A program made the position numbers and the translations under genes. From the NCBI GenBank assembly GCA_007376405.1, contig VMGD01000004.1:8960-72959 (forward strand): a stretch of DNA of 64,000 nucleotides. Direction: 5' to 3'. This DNA is from Microgenomates group bacterium Gr01-1014_7. GTDB taxonomy: Bacteria > Patescibacteriota > Microgenomatia > Daviesbacterales > UBA10151. The notes under the pieces are model-generated. The model was not told where the DNA came from, did no database searches, and saw only the letters and a program-made list of their open reading frames with translations. Below, one piece after another: positions 19,514 through 29,366 of this stretch (position 1 is the stretch's first letter; every line of letters starts with the position of its first letter).

Positions 19514-20464
19514 ATGTTTACTAAAAATTTTACTGAAATTACAAAGGAAGATACTAATATTGCCGGAGGCAAAGGGGCTTCTTTGGGAGAAATGACCGGG
19601 GCCGGGATTCCTATTCCTCCCGGATTTGTAATTTTAACTTATGGCTTTGACTGTCTTTTGCATTCCAACCAGCTGGTTTCGGAAATAGATTCTGCGCTAC
19701 ATGGGGTAAACCATGAAGATGCAAATTCAGTAGAACAGGCATCAGAAAAAATTAAAGGCTTGATTTTAAATGCCAAAATCCCTCCAGATCTTGAAACAGA
19801 AATTCTTAATGCTTTTGAAAATTTAAACTGTGAATTTGTGGCTGTTAGATCTTCAGCCACAGCAGAGGATGGATCAAGCACTTCCTGGGCAGGAGAACTG
19901 GAATCTTTCCTTAATACCACCAAAGAAACTTTACTGGAAAATGTCAAAAAATGCTGGTCCTCACTTTTTACCCCCAGAGCAATTTTTTACCGGTTTGAAA
20001 AAAAATTACATGAAACCCCTGTTTCAGTAGCTGTTGTTATCCAGAAAATGGTTAATAGTGAAGTTTCCGGAGTTGCTTTTTCTGTCCATCCCGTAACTGA
20101 GGATAGAAACCAACTGATAATTGAGGCGGGCCTTGGACTGGGAGAGGCAATAGTTTCCGGATCTTTAACTCCTGATTCTTATATAATTGACAAACAAGAT
20201 TTTTCTATAATTGATATTAGTATTGCTGAACAGGAAAGGAAAATGGTCAAAAAGATAAACGGAGGAAATGAATGGATTGATGTACCAGAAAGTGAAAGAA
20301 GCTTACAAAAACTTAATCCTGAACAAATTATTGAGCTTGCAAGGCTGGTTGTACAAATTGAAAACCATTATGGCTTTCCGGTTGATGTGGAATGGGCAAA
20401 AGAGCAGAAAAGATTTTTTATTACCCAATCCAGACCGATCACCACTCTAACCTCCAGACCCTAA
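19514..20464 (+). CDS. Stand-alone PEP-synthase/PPDK N-terminal ATP-grasp domain
   Basis: GGKGASLGEM, VAVRSSATAED, GLGEAIVSG, DVEWA, QSRPIT, then stop; no His or PEP-binding domain. Confidence 0.92.
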   Translation: MFTKNFTEITKEDTNIAGGKGASLGEMTGAGIPIPPGFVILTYGFDCLLHSNQLVSEIDSALHGVNHEDANSVEQASEKIKGLILNAKIPPDLETEILNAFENLNCEFVAVRSSATAEDGSSTSWAGELESFLNTTKETLLENVKKCWSSLFTPRAIFYRFEKKLHETPVSVAVVIQKMVNSEVSGVAFSVHPVTEDRNQLIIEAGLGLGEAIVSGSLTPDSYIIDKQDFSIIDISIAEQERKMVKKINGGNEWIDVPESERSLQKLNPEQIIELARLVVQIENHYGFPVDVEWAKEQKRFFITQSRPITTLTSRP

Positions 20465-20484
20465 GTAATTCACGCTCTTTTTTG

Positions 20485-20513
20485 TCAGGATTTTGTAAGG
20501 AATAAATCAAGCA
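20485..20513. repeat. 29-bp boundary repeat, copy 3
   Basis: TCAGGATTTTGTAAGGAATAAATCAAGCA. Confidence 0.85.
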
Positions 20514-20667
20514 CTTAATTAGTTAATGGTTTATGGTATATCGGAAGATTGTATATCGGAAACGATAATCGATAAACGAAAAGCCGATTAGGCGTTACGA
20601 TAAACAAATAGGAAAGTGTTTGACTTAAATCTTTGGAGGTTATATGCTGAATATAGAAAGACCAATT

Positions 20668-23600
20668 ATGGCAGAAGGAACATCAGGACCAGAGGGAGGA
20701 GCAGTATCTCCTGGAGTATCTAAACCAGCGACTGTAGAAAGTAGGATTCCAGCAAACGAAATACGTGCCAACGCTGTGCTTACTGATACAGCGCGCTTAC
20801 AAAAGGCACAAGAAGCATTACGAACTCAACTTACAAAAGAGCAGCAAGATGCACTTTTAAGCGCCCATCAGGAGGCGGTAGGTGAGCTAGGTCAGGATCC
20901 TAGCCAGGAAGCTGGTGTGGGTAATTACACTCAAACTCAGCTTCTGCGAAAAGCAAGAATCCTAAATGAAGCTGGTTTTAGTAAAGAACAGATACATACT
21001 CTTTTAGAATCAGGATTAGCTGGAGTGCTTCCTGCTGCAGAATTTACAACATTTGATCCTGATGTTTATTCAAAAGACCATCGGCTCCGAAGCATTGCAG
21101 GGGAGATAGTGAGTAGTGTTACGGCAGGGGTTGCGGATGAAGATTTATTCAAAAGAAATTTGAGTCGACTTGAAAAATTAGTGGACGGAGGATTAGTAAC
21201 TGAGCTGGCTTTAGCTGATCAGCTTCGATTAAATCTGGAATTATGGCGCTTGGAGGCAACAGGTGAAATACCTCTTCAGACAGAGGATCCGCTTCTTACC
21301 GCACGTGATTTGGAAAGAATAAGACAAGAAGCAGCTAAAGAGGGTGGTAGCCAGTTTAGTATGGCTAGGGCTAAGTATGAGCATTTTAGCAGAATTAGCA
21401 ATAGAACAAGAAATCTATCTCCTCAACTTCAGATTGAACTCCAGAAAAAAAGAAAGGATGCTAGGGAAGGTCTCGTTAGGTTTAAGGAGGAGAAGCTTGA
21501 AGATGAGCCAGCTGCCCAGCAGGTAATAGAAGGAAGAACAGTGAACGTAGTTTTAAGAGATTTTAGAGAAGCAGTATTTAAATTCTATAAAAAGTTCAAG
21601 GCAGCCAAATCAAATGAGATATATGGTGGAGATAAAGATGCCGTTTTAAGACAGGCAAGACATGGTGGAGATTTTGAGGAGACAATGTTTGATGACTCAA
21701 TCCCTCTAAAAGAATTGGAAGGAATTTATGGGGGGTTGCTCAGATATATGTATACGGGTATTGCTCAGGAGATGGATAAAGAACAACACAGAAGAGATAC
21801 AAAAGATCCTTTAAACCCGATAGCACAGCAAGAATTTGAGGCAATTAAAAAACGCAGGGCCAAAGAGAGAAGAAGAGATAGAAAATACGAGACACGCTCA
21901 ACACATTATGGAGTAATCTATGAATTTAGCGCGGAAAATGCCGGAGAACTGCCTGACGCTGTTTTGGATTATACAAAAGACCAGATTTTTGCATTGCTGA
22001 AAAATCCCCCGGAAGATATAGACAAAGAAGTACGCAAAATTGAGGAAGAATCAGGGAGATATCTTGAGCAAAACCGTATCCGTTTAATTGAAGAAGGACA
22101 AGATATACCAGAGACTCATCCGGAGTTCGTAAGAGCCAAAGCTTTGGCTAAAGCAATACCAATTGTGCTGGGGTACGAACAAATACTTTATAAAGGCGGT
22201 GAGGAATCTGCACCAGCATATAAACTAAAAGCTGCAGCTGATTCTGCCGGTATCGAAGATGCAATTTATTTGGAAAACCCCACAGCGGCTTTACAAATGC
22301 ATCTGATTTCTACCTATAAAGATGGGATATATTGGTTAGGTCAGCGCTGGGATACGGAAAAGCCTGAAAGTGAGGATTATATACCCGGAGAAGGCGCGAC
22401 AAACGACTTAAGGAAAGAGATAGCAGAGGAGATTATTGGGTATGCGGCAACTCATGAGCTGTATTTATCTGATGAAATGACTCGCGGTGTATATCTTGAT
22501 GCAAATGGTGACCCGATTTTGGGTGAGGACGGTGAGGCAATTGGAGCTTTTACTTATAGGGAAGGGAAGCATTCGGGTGGAAGGGACCTAAGATATGCCT
22601 TTGATGACAATATAGAACAGCTACTTTTAGATCCTGATGGGTCAATTTGGACAAATACAGAGAGTAGACTTAGAGAACGAGGAGAAAGCCAGGATGAGAT
22701 CAACAAAGCCCGGGAAAGACACAGTATAAGGGTGGCAGTTTTCCAAAGGATCAAGGACAGGCATGATATAAGGGAAGGACTAAGTTTTGTTACCTATCAG
22801 GAAATAGCCAATTTAAAAAGACAAAATGGTGGCCGGTTTCCAACAGAGCAACAATTAGCAGCCGTATCCAAGCTGAAAAAGGATATTATGCTAGGTCAGT
22901 TGCAGCAACAAGGACTCTCGCCCCAACAAGCTGAAGAGCGGTTACGTCAAATAATGGATGAGCACAGAAAAGAGGGAATAAGAGCAAGAATAAAAGATCA
23001 GCTGAATCAGAAGACTAATTTAAGATATAGTGCTATCGCACAATTAACCCGTATAGCCCAGCTTGATCTTGAGGATGCTGATGATAAAGAAAGTCCCAGC
23101 GGTCCGCTTCATGACAAAATTCTTTGGAAATGGGTAGAGGATTATAACGCGTATCTAATTAAGATACGTCAGTCAAAATGGCATCCAAGCGGTTGGGACA
23201 GAGTAAGAGTTGATATTGATCGGCCTACCAAAGTTTTGGACAGAGAGCTTGAGGGGGATGAGCTGATGGCCATGTTTGAACTAAATCCTCTCATACTTAA
23301 ATACCCCGGACAGCTCAGTGATGAAGAAAAAGCCGAGAAAGATTACAAACTGGATGAGGCCAGATTCGGTTTTCAACTGGCCAGAAGTTATCAGGTTTTC
23401 CATGCGGTAGATACTATAACTGGAGGTATGAGAACCAGGTTAACAGATCCGAATACAGGAAAGTATTTAGGAAAATTATTTGGCGATGATGAGGAAACTA
23501 AAAAAGTAAACAGGCGTTTGGGGTTAACAGATGCACAAGGGAATGTAATAGATCCAAATAGGAAAATAGTGCGGGTATTTGATGTGGTTCAGACCAGGCT

Positions 23601-25389
23601 CGAAATAGCTATTGAGGAAGAAGCAGCAGTAATCAACCAGGCTAAAGTAGAGAGGGCTGATGCTTTGGCTTCCGGGGATCAAGCACGTATTGTGGAGGCT
23701 AGACTAAACTTAAGAGATATTATTCTCAATTCTCAATTTGTGGCCACCCATGTATTAAAAGAATTAGGATTGGTAGACGGTAAACTGCCTGTCTGGTCAT
23801 TTAATTTTTTGGATTCAACCACCATGGACGTTTTTACCGAAGCTTTGGCAGATTATGGAGTAGAAGTTGGTGAGTTTGTCGGTGCTGATCCGGGAGCTCC
23901 TGGTGTACCTATAACTCATAATAGTAAAAAAGAGTTTTACGAGATTATGGAAAGGGGCAGAAGAGCCTTAAAAGCAGAATACGACCGGGCTGCCGTGGAG
24001 TTTATGGAAGGTAGGTTTCCAACTAAGGATGATGCGGATAGACCTGCCAGATCTCTTTATATGGCTGCAAGCGATTTCGGTATAGATGAAGACCCTGTTA
24101 CCATTAGCGAGCGAAATAGAATAGTAAATATAGGAGCGGTTCGTGGAAACAGAAGAATCACTGAAACCAGATTTGAACTTTCCACCAGCGGAGGCGTTAT
24201 AGACTATGAACTTGTCTCAACCTTTGGAGATTTAGGATTTTATCCTTTGCCTGTTTGGTGGGGGAGAAAAGATATAAGGGGAATGCATGGATATTACAAA
24301 AGAAGAGACGAGAAAGAATATCATGATCATAAGTTTGCAGATGTAATGGATCCGGTTCAGCATGCCAAAGCACAAGCTGCAGCATATGTAGCAAGAAGGG
24401 CTTTAACCGGAGGGAAGCTATCTGAGATAGCTATGGCTTCAAAAACAAGTGGAATCACCCCGGGCTTCTTGAATGAGACTTTTCTAAGATCAATTGACAT
24501 ATCGGTACTTCTACGTGATTGGGCTGACAAAAGATTGTTGGAAGGATCTAACATAGGAATGAAGGATACAGAGAAATATGCTGACTTAATGAAAAAATGG
24601 CGTTCAGGTAGTAAGCTTTCGGCTGTCGAAGAAAATGAATTGGAAAAATTGAGACAATTAACTTATCTGGATTTTGACAAAATGGACAGGGATATGCAAA
24701 AACAGCTTTATGACACAACGTATGGTGTAATGACTTACCTTCTATATTATCTCCAAGGACTAAAAGAAGTGCAGCAGAACAGAATAGGCAATGCACCCAG
24801 GAATTATGTTTATGATGTTACATTGATGTGGTATGAGCTTAGGAGAGTTCTAAGAAGCGCTAGGAACAAAGAAAAAGGGATAATTGTCAGGCATAAATTT
24901 TCTCCAGAAGCAGGAAGTGAAATAGCCTTAAGAATGGCAGAGGTAATACTTGAGGATGCAGATTATCTATATTTAAAAGGCTATGAAAGAGCAAGACTTT
25001 ATAGAGAAGGAGCACAAATATTATCCCGAGCACTAACTAAACAGGAGAAACAAAATGGGTTTGTAATACCCGAAATACCAGAAGGTGAAAGGACATGGAC
25101 AAACCAGCCTGAAAGAGTTAGAAAAGCTCTAGAAACTATCAGAAGAAGAGGGTTATTGGATTTCATGATAGAAGAGGGATATCAGCTGTATGAAACTAAT
25201 GAAACTGATCCCAGGAGACGTCTTGTTATGCTTAAAAAGGGTGAGGATGGTTATGAAGAAGGTAAGGACAAACCAAAGCCAATTGGTCCGGAAATAATCG
25301 GAATGAAAGTACCGCCTCTGGTACAGGAGCAAATGGCTAAGCAAGATGGAAATAAAAAAGTACAACAGCATTTTGTGGCTGTAGTGTAA
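20668..25389 (+). CDS. Very large, charged, probably helical hypothetical protein
   Basis: Uninterrupted 1,581-codon ORF from 20644; start 20668 preferred because ATG 20644 overlaps the -10 box of TTGACT...TATGCT. Confidence 0.8.
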   Translation: MAEGTSGPEGGAVSPGVSKPATVESRIPANEIRANAVLTDTARLQKAQEALRTQLTKEQQDALLSAHQEAVGELGQDPSQEAGVGNYTQTQLLRKARILNEAGFSKEQIHTLLESGLAGVLPAAEFTTFDPDVYSKDHRLRSIAGEIVSSVTAGVADEDLFKRNLSRLEKLVDGGLVTELALADQLRLNLELWRLEATGEIPLQTEDPLLTARDLERIRQEAAKEGGSQFSMARAKYEHFSRISNRTRNLSPQLQIELQKKRKDAREGLVRFKEEKLEDEPAAQQVIEGRTVNVVLRDFREAVFKFYKKFKAAKSNEIYGGDKDAVLRQARHGGDFEETMFDDSIPLKELEGIYGGLLRYMYTGIAQEMDKEQHRRDTKDPLNPIAQQEFEAIKKRRAKERRRDRKYETRSTHYGVIYEFSAENAGELPDAVLDYTKDQIFALLKNPPEDIDKEVRKIEEESGRYLEQNRIRLIEEGQDIPETHPEFVRAKALAKAIPIVLGYEQILYKGGEESAPAYKLKAAADSAGIEDAIYLENPTAALQMHLISTYKDGIYWLGQRWDTEKPESEDYIPGEGATNDLRKEIAEEIIGYAATHELYLSDEMTRGVYLDANGDPILGEDGEAIGAFTYREGKHSGGRDLRYAFDDNIEQLLLDPDGSIWTNTESRLRERGESQDEINKARERHSIRVAVFQRIKDRHDIREGLSFVTYQEIANLKRQNGGRFPTEQQLAAVSKLKKDIMLGQLQQQGLSPQQAEERLRQIMDEHRKEGIRARIKDQLNQKTNLRYSAIAQLTRIAQLDLEDADDKESPSGPLHDKILWKWVEDYNAYLIKIRQSKWHPSGWDRVRVDIDRPTKVLDRELEGDELMAMFELNPLILKYPGQLSDEEKAEKDYKLDEARFGFQLARSYQVFHAVDTITGGMRTRLTDPNTGKYLGKLFGDDEETKKVNRRLGLTDAQGNVIDPNRKIVRVFDVVQTRLEIAIEEEAAVINQAKVERADALASGDQARIVEARLNLRDIILNSQFVATHVLKELGLVDGKLPVWSFNFLDSTTMDVFTEALADYGVEVGEFVGADPGAPGVPITHNSKKEFYEIMERGRRALKAEYDRAAVEFMEGRFPTKDDADRPARSLYMAASDFGIDEDPVTISERNRIVNIGAVRGNRRITETRFELSTSGGVIDYELVSTFGDLGFYPLPVWWGRKDIRGMHGYYKRRDEKEYHDHKFADVMDPVQHAKAQAAAYVARRALTGGKLSEIAMASKTSGITPGFLNETFLRSIDISVLLRDWADKRLLEGSNIGMKDTEKYADLMKKWRSGSKLSAVEENELEKLRQLTYLDFDKMDRDMQKQLYDTTYGVMTYLLYYLQGLKEVQQNRIGNAPRNYVYDVTLMWYELRRVLRSARNKEKGIIVRHKFSPEAGSEIALRMAEVILEDADYLYLKGYERARLYREGAQILSRALTKQEKQNGFVIPEIPEGERTWTNQPERVRKALETIRRRGLLDFMIEEGYQLYETNETDPRRRLVMLKKGEDGYEEGKDKPKPIGPEIIGMKVPPLVQEQMAKQDGNKKVQQHFVAVV

Positions 25390-25398
25390 AATTTAAAT

Positions 25399-27237
25399 TT
25401 ACGGCTTCTTAATTGCACTAATTAACCCTGGTCTACCGTAAAGAGGTTGCCACCCAGCGGCTTTCTTACCTGGAATGGGTTGATACTGTACTTCTCCTGT
25501 AATACTCTGTCTAATCATACCTGTTGTTCCGCTTACAGCCCCTTGAGATTGACCAGCATATCTTTGGCCTGCTCCAATACCGCCGCTAATTTCCTGTCCT
25601 AATAGTTGTCCTGCCTGGCCCATTCTCCCGATAGCGCCAACAACAACATCCGGAATTTTAGGAAGAGCCATTAATGCCCCAAAAGCTAAAAGAATATGAA
25701 TAAAACCTAAATTTAGACCCCCAAATAAGGGTAATGTAGGGCCGGTAAACTGAACCGGGCCGCCTGCTGCAGATACACTTTGTATGAAGCCACTATTTTC
25801 TATCTGATTTGAGCTAGAGATTTTTAGAGGATAATCTGTGCCGATTTTGTCTGTACCTAAAATAAAAGCTACAAAATAAAATACAGCCAAAACTGCAGGG
25901 AAGATTAAGATATTGGCCAGCATATTTAAAATCCAGCCTGTTGCAATCCCTTGTCTACCAGGTAAAGCAGCAGCCATAAATTGAAAAGGGGCGGAAATAG
26001 TCAGAAAAATAATAGTTAAAAAAGCAGAAACCAGACGAAGGAGTAATCTGATCATGGCATATATTAATGCCAAGGTGGCAATAAAACCCAGGGCAAATCC
26101 AAAGGTAAACGTTGGAGCAGTAAATCCGACGATACCTGCAGCTAGTAAAGTCAGTAGTTGAGTCAGAGGTCCTATAATGAATGCCACAGGACCAGCGCCA
26201 GCACTGATTGCAGTACCAATTCCACCAATCCCTCCTGCAATTGGACCAAAGAATTGCGCGACTAAAAATCCTGCAATGGTTCTTAGCGTCAATTGAGTAA
26301 TCCCGGGCAATTGACCTATGATTGTGTCTAAGAATCCTGACACATCGTCATGGCCTACAATGCCTGTTAATGGACCAAATATGTTTATAACATTTTTATC
26401 AGAAATATGCTGAACTAAATTGGTTCTTTGCGGATCATTTGTCTGGTCCTGGGCTGCGGCAAAGTAATACCCCACTACATTTGTTCCCACAAAGGCCATG
26501 TCGGAAATTAGGGCTGCCAGGAAGTAGGAGAAAGTAATTAAGATCAGGCCGATTACCAGGCCGGGGAGGGCTGCCTGGGCTGTTATTACTGTTTGGGGGT
26601 TAATCCGGTTTCTAAACATCACCATCATTCCTATAATTACAAAAACTACTATCATGGCCACATAGGAAATATTTCTTGATACCTGCCAGAGTTTGCTTAT
26701 GGGGTCCAGCACCTGGGCCCCCGAGCCTATTACCTGGGCATGTGCGGGTTTTACAAACCCGATTTGCTCACCCAAGTTGGCCAGATACTGGGAGGTGCTG
26801 ATAGGGGGGTTGGCATACAGGGCCCCGATTATGGAAGTTGTTGCACCTAGCGCTCCTCCGGATAAATTAACCTGGGACAGCACCGGAATGCCGCTCTGGT
26901 AGGTCAGGCAGGGCGCTCCAATCACGGATGAACCAATAGCCAGACAGGAAAAGCTGTGGAACATGTTATGGACCAGCAGGTCGGTATAGAGGGGGGAGGT
27001 AGGGGATACGGTGGCAGGCAGACTTGTGGTGAGCCCCTCGACTTCGCTCGGGGTGAACTCCGTCGAACCAGAGGTGGTTTGGGCGAAAGCGGCAGGAGTA
27101 TAGAGTATTAAGTATAGAGTATAGAGTATAAAAACAAGAACAAGCTTTAGAAAACCCTTACGTCCGAAGGACGGGCGTATTATACTTAATACTTGATACA
27201 TAATACTAATTAAAGCCCTTTTAATTAAAAAATGCAA
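25399..27237 (-). CDS. Polytopic membrane protein, VirB6/TrbL-like (CPR T4SS-like locus)
   Basis: Signal peptide, WQVSRNISY...ALPGLVIGLILITFSY, many TMs, FLTISAPF..W...LANIL.FP, ALPKIPDVV; start uncertain. Confidence 0.65.
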   Translation of the reverse strand: MHFLIKRALISIMYQVLSIIRPSFGRKGFLKLVLVFILYTLYLILYTPAAFAQTTSGSTEFTPSEVEGLTTSLPATVSPTSPLYTDLLVHNMFHSFSCLAIGSSVIGAPCLTYQSGIPVLSQVNLSGGALGATTSIIGALYANPPISTSQYLANLGEQIGFVKPAHAQVIGSGAQVLDPISKLWQVSRNISYVAMIVVFVIIGMMVMFRNRINPQTVITAQAALPGLVIGLILITFSYFLAALISDMAFVGTNVVGYYFAAAQDQTNDPQRTNLVQHISDKNVINIFGPLTGIVGHDDVSGFLDTIIGQLPGITQLTLRTIAGFLVAQFFGPIAGGIGGIGTAISAGAGPVAFIIGPLTQLLTLLAAGIVGFTAPTFTFGFALGFIATLALIYAMIRLLLRLVSAFLTIIFLTISAPFQFMAAALPGRQGIATGWILNMLANILIFPAVLAVFYFVAFILGTDKIGTDYPLKISSSNQIENSGFIQSVSAAGGPVQFTGPTLPLFGGLNLGFIHILLAFGALMALPKIPDVVVGAIGRMGQAGQLLGQEISGGIGAGQRYAGQSQGAVSGTTGMIRQSITGEVQYQPIPGKKAAGWQPLYGRPGLISAIKKP

Positions 27238-27239
27238 CC

Positions 27240-27476
27240 CTATTTTACTTTATCCAGTAATTCAAAATATCTATCTCTGGAAATTCCTGCTGTAGTTAAG
27301 TTAGTGCGAATATGTGTGACAGCAACTTGATGGGGACTGATTTTAATTACAACTGGTCGCATAATCCCTGGTTTTGTCATGGAGATATGATCCCCTTTAG
27401 TTCTGGAAACTTGGAATCCCTCATGTTCAAAAATCTGTACTAATTTCTTATAGTGGATTGGAACAATTTTTGGCAT
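27240..27476 (-). CDS. hicA: HicA toxin
   Basis: GFQVSRTKGDH dsRBD-like motif. Confidence 0.85.
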   Translation of the reverse strand: MPKIVPIHYKKLVQIFEHEGFQVSRTKGDHISMTKPGIMRPVVIKISPHQVAVTHIRTNLTTAGISRDRYFELLDKVK

Positions 27477-27740
27477 TTAAAATCCTAAGGCCATACGTCC
27501 TGCAACTAAAGGATCATCACTGCGCCACAATCTATTTTCAGGTTTAAATCCAGCTTCAGTTAATACATCCTCCAATGTCCCCATTCTTTTACATTCCTCC
27601 AAGAAAAGCTCAACAGCCTCTTTTAAAGAAACCTTGGCCTCTTTTTTTGTGCTACCGAAACTGGAAACATTTAGCTCGGGGGCAACAGCCACATATTGAC
27701 CATCTTCTTTAAATATTTCAATCCGAAAATTAAGTTGCAT
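27477..27740 (-). CDS. hicB: HicB antitoxin
   Basis: YVAVAPEL.VSSFGST..EA...LKEAVELFLE. Confidence 0.88.
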   Translation of the reverse strand: MQLNFRIEIFKEDGQYVAVAPELNVSSFGSTKKEAKVSLKEAVELFLEECKRMGTLEDVLTEAGFKPENRLWRSDDPLVAGRMALGF

Positions 27741-28143
27741 AATAATTTTAGTTTATCTTTTCTGTTTGAAAATTGCAACATTCATTCTGTTACTTTTTCA
27801 TCTCATGAATATGGGATTGAAGATGTGACAGGAAACATGTTACCGAGTTACTTTTCATTCACTCATCCCCCTCAATAAAGAAGGTCTCTTTCCTTAAGCT
27901 AGGCTGTTACCTGTGTAGTCGCTTCCATAAGCCTTTCGAGCCCATGCTAACAGCTATTCTTGAATATATGCATATGTTCGCAAGCGAATAGTAGTCGTCC
28001 CACAATTAAATATTATATCACGATATTTTCCCGCTTCCTCATAAATTTGCTACCATTGACCGGAATAACTATTTTGATCAAATTCAGAAAGCGCTGGGAA
28101 AATAACACGCTTGTCTTTTTCGTCTCATTATGATACGATTAAA

Positions 28144-28173
28144 TTAGACTAATAATTAGACTAATTTTAGACT
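28144..28173 (+). promoter_or_regulatory. Triple TTAGACT direct repeat, probable operator of the Fic gene
   Basis: TTAGACT at 28144, 28156 and 28167, immediately before the ATG. Confidence 0.45.
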
Positions 28174-28178
28174 GATTT

Positions 28179-29366
28179 ATGAATATAACAACAATCAAGC
28201 CGTTTACTACACCCTTTCTTTCCCGGTTTGTATTTACGCCCAAGCTGATCCCCTTTAGCGACAGGGAAATTACTAAAATAGATACAGAGCTTAAAGATTA
28301 TGAGCAGGTATTTTTAAACCCTGATATTGAGAGGAATTTAATCAGTAGAAATGAACTGCTTGCTTCTTTTGCCATCTCCAAAGCCGAGGATTCTACTTTA
28401 ACCCTGCAGGAAGCGCAGGATGTTTATAAGCTTGTCCTGGCTAATGAAGACTTTACAGAAAAGAAATTAACGCGTAAAGATCATGATAAACTGGAATTTT
28501 TCAATATTGCCAGAACATTCAAAAGCTTAAACCAAGAAAAGATCAGGATTAATGATCTGACCCCGGGGTTTTTACAGGAAGTGCATTTTAATTTAAGTCA
28601 GGGGTTGGATATATTTGGAAAATATTTGCCGGATTTTAATATATACAAAGCAGGTAAGTGGCGGGATAGTGATTCCATCAGGGTTGGCACATATATCCCT
28701 GCCCCTTATGAAAGTATAAAGCAGGGTGTGGAGGAGTTAATCAAATGGCTAAAAGAAAACAGGACTATAACGGGGGTTGCAATATTTCATACTGCCCTTT
28801 ATGCGCTGCACCCTTTCACTAATGGCAACAAAAGAGTTTGCCGGGTGCTAGAGCATTTATTTTTCCGTGACCTGGGGCTTAATAAAAAAAATCTCTACAG
28901 CACTTCGTATTATTATCACAAGCAAAAGGCCCGTTATTATAAATATCTGCTTTTTTCTTTGGAAAGGCAAAACTTAAATCACTTTACCGGTTTTATTCAA
29001 GAAGCATTGGTGTTATCGATGATTGATGTGGTGAAATTAAGTTTGGAAGCAAAACGTCAGGATTTTCTGAACCGGCAGGATATTGAAGGACCAGTGAAAT
29101 CAGTCCTTAAGCCTCTAATAAAAAGATCAGAAATCCAATTTAAAAACCTTTTTAAATATTCAAGGGGGAAAATTGCCAGGCAGACTTTTGTTAATTATTT
29201 ACAGAAGGCAGTTGAGGAGAAAATTTTGTTAAAACGGGAGAAGGGTAAAGCCACCTATTACAGCTTCAATGTTAAGCCTCAACCCGAGGAAGCGACACTT
29301 AAAAAATGGCTTGATTTTGCCAAAGAGAGGTTACCTTACATACCGGATGACATTAAACTAAGGTAA
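28179..29366 (+). CDS. Fic-domain protein with C-terminal winged helix
   Basis: HPFTNGNKRVCR Fic motif; C-terminal ARQTFVNYLQKAVEEKIL...GKATYY. Confidence 0.88.
   Translation: MNITTIKPFTTPFLSRFVFTPKLIPFSDREITKIDTELKDYEQVFLNPDIERNLISRNELLASFAISKAEDSTLTLQEAQDVYKLVLANEDFTEKKLTRKDHDKLEFFNIARTFKSLNQEKIRINDLTPGFLQEVHFNLSQGLDIFGKYLPDFNIYKAGKWRDSDSIRVGTYIPAPYESIKQGVEELIKWLKENRTITGVAIFHTALYALHPFTNGNKRVCRVLEHLFFRDLGLNKKNLYSTSYYYHKQKARYYKYLLFSLERQNLNHFTGFIQEALVLSMIDVVKLSLEAKRQDFLNRQDIEGPVKSVLKPLIKRSEIQFKNLFKYSRGKIARQTFVNYLQKAVEEKILLKREKGKATYYSFNVKPQPEEATLKKWLDFAKERLPYIPDDIKLR

Noticed and set aside
13388..20464. Phosphoenolpyruvate synthase (ppsA) or PTS enzyme I
   Set aside because: No C-terminal PEP/pyruvate-binding barrel is encoded, and the His domains are fused to unrelated N-termini
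27790..27990. Possible decayed small gene upstream of hicB
   Set aside because: The minus-strand frames I translated are interrupted by stops and no family was recognisable
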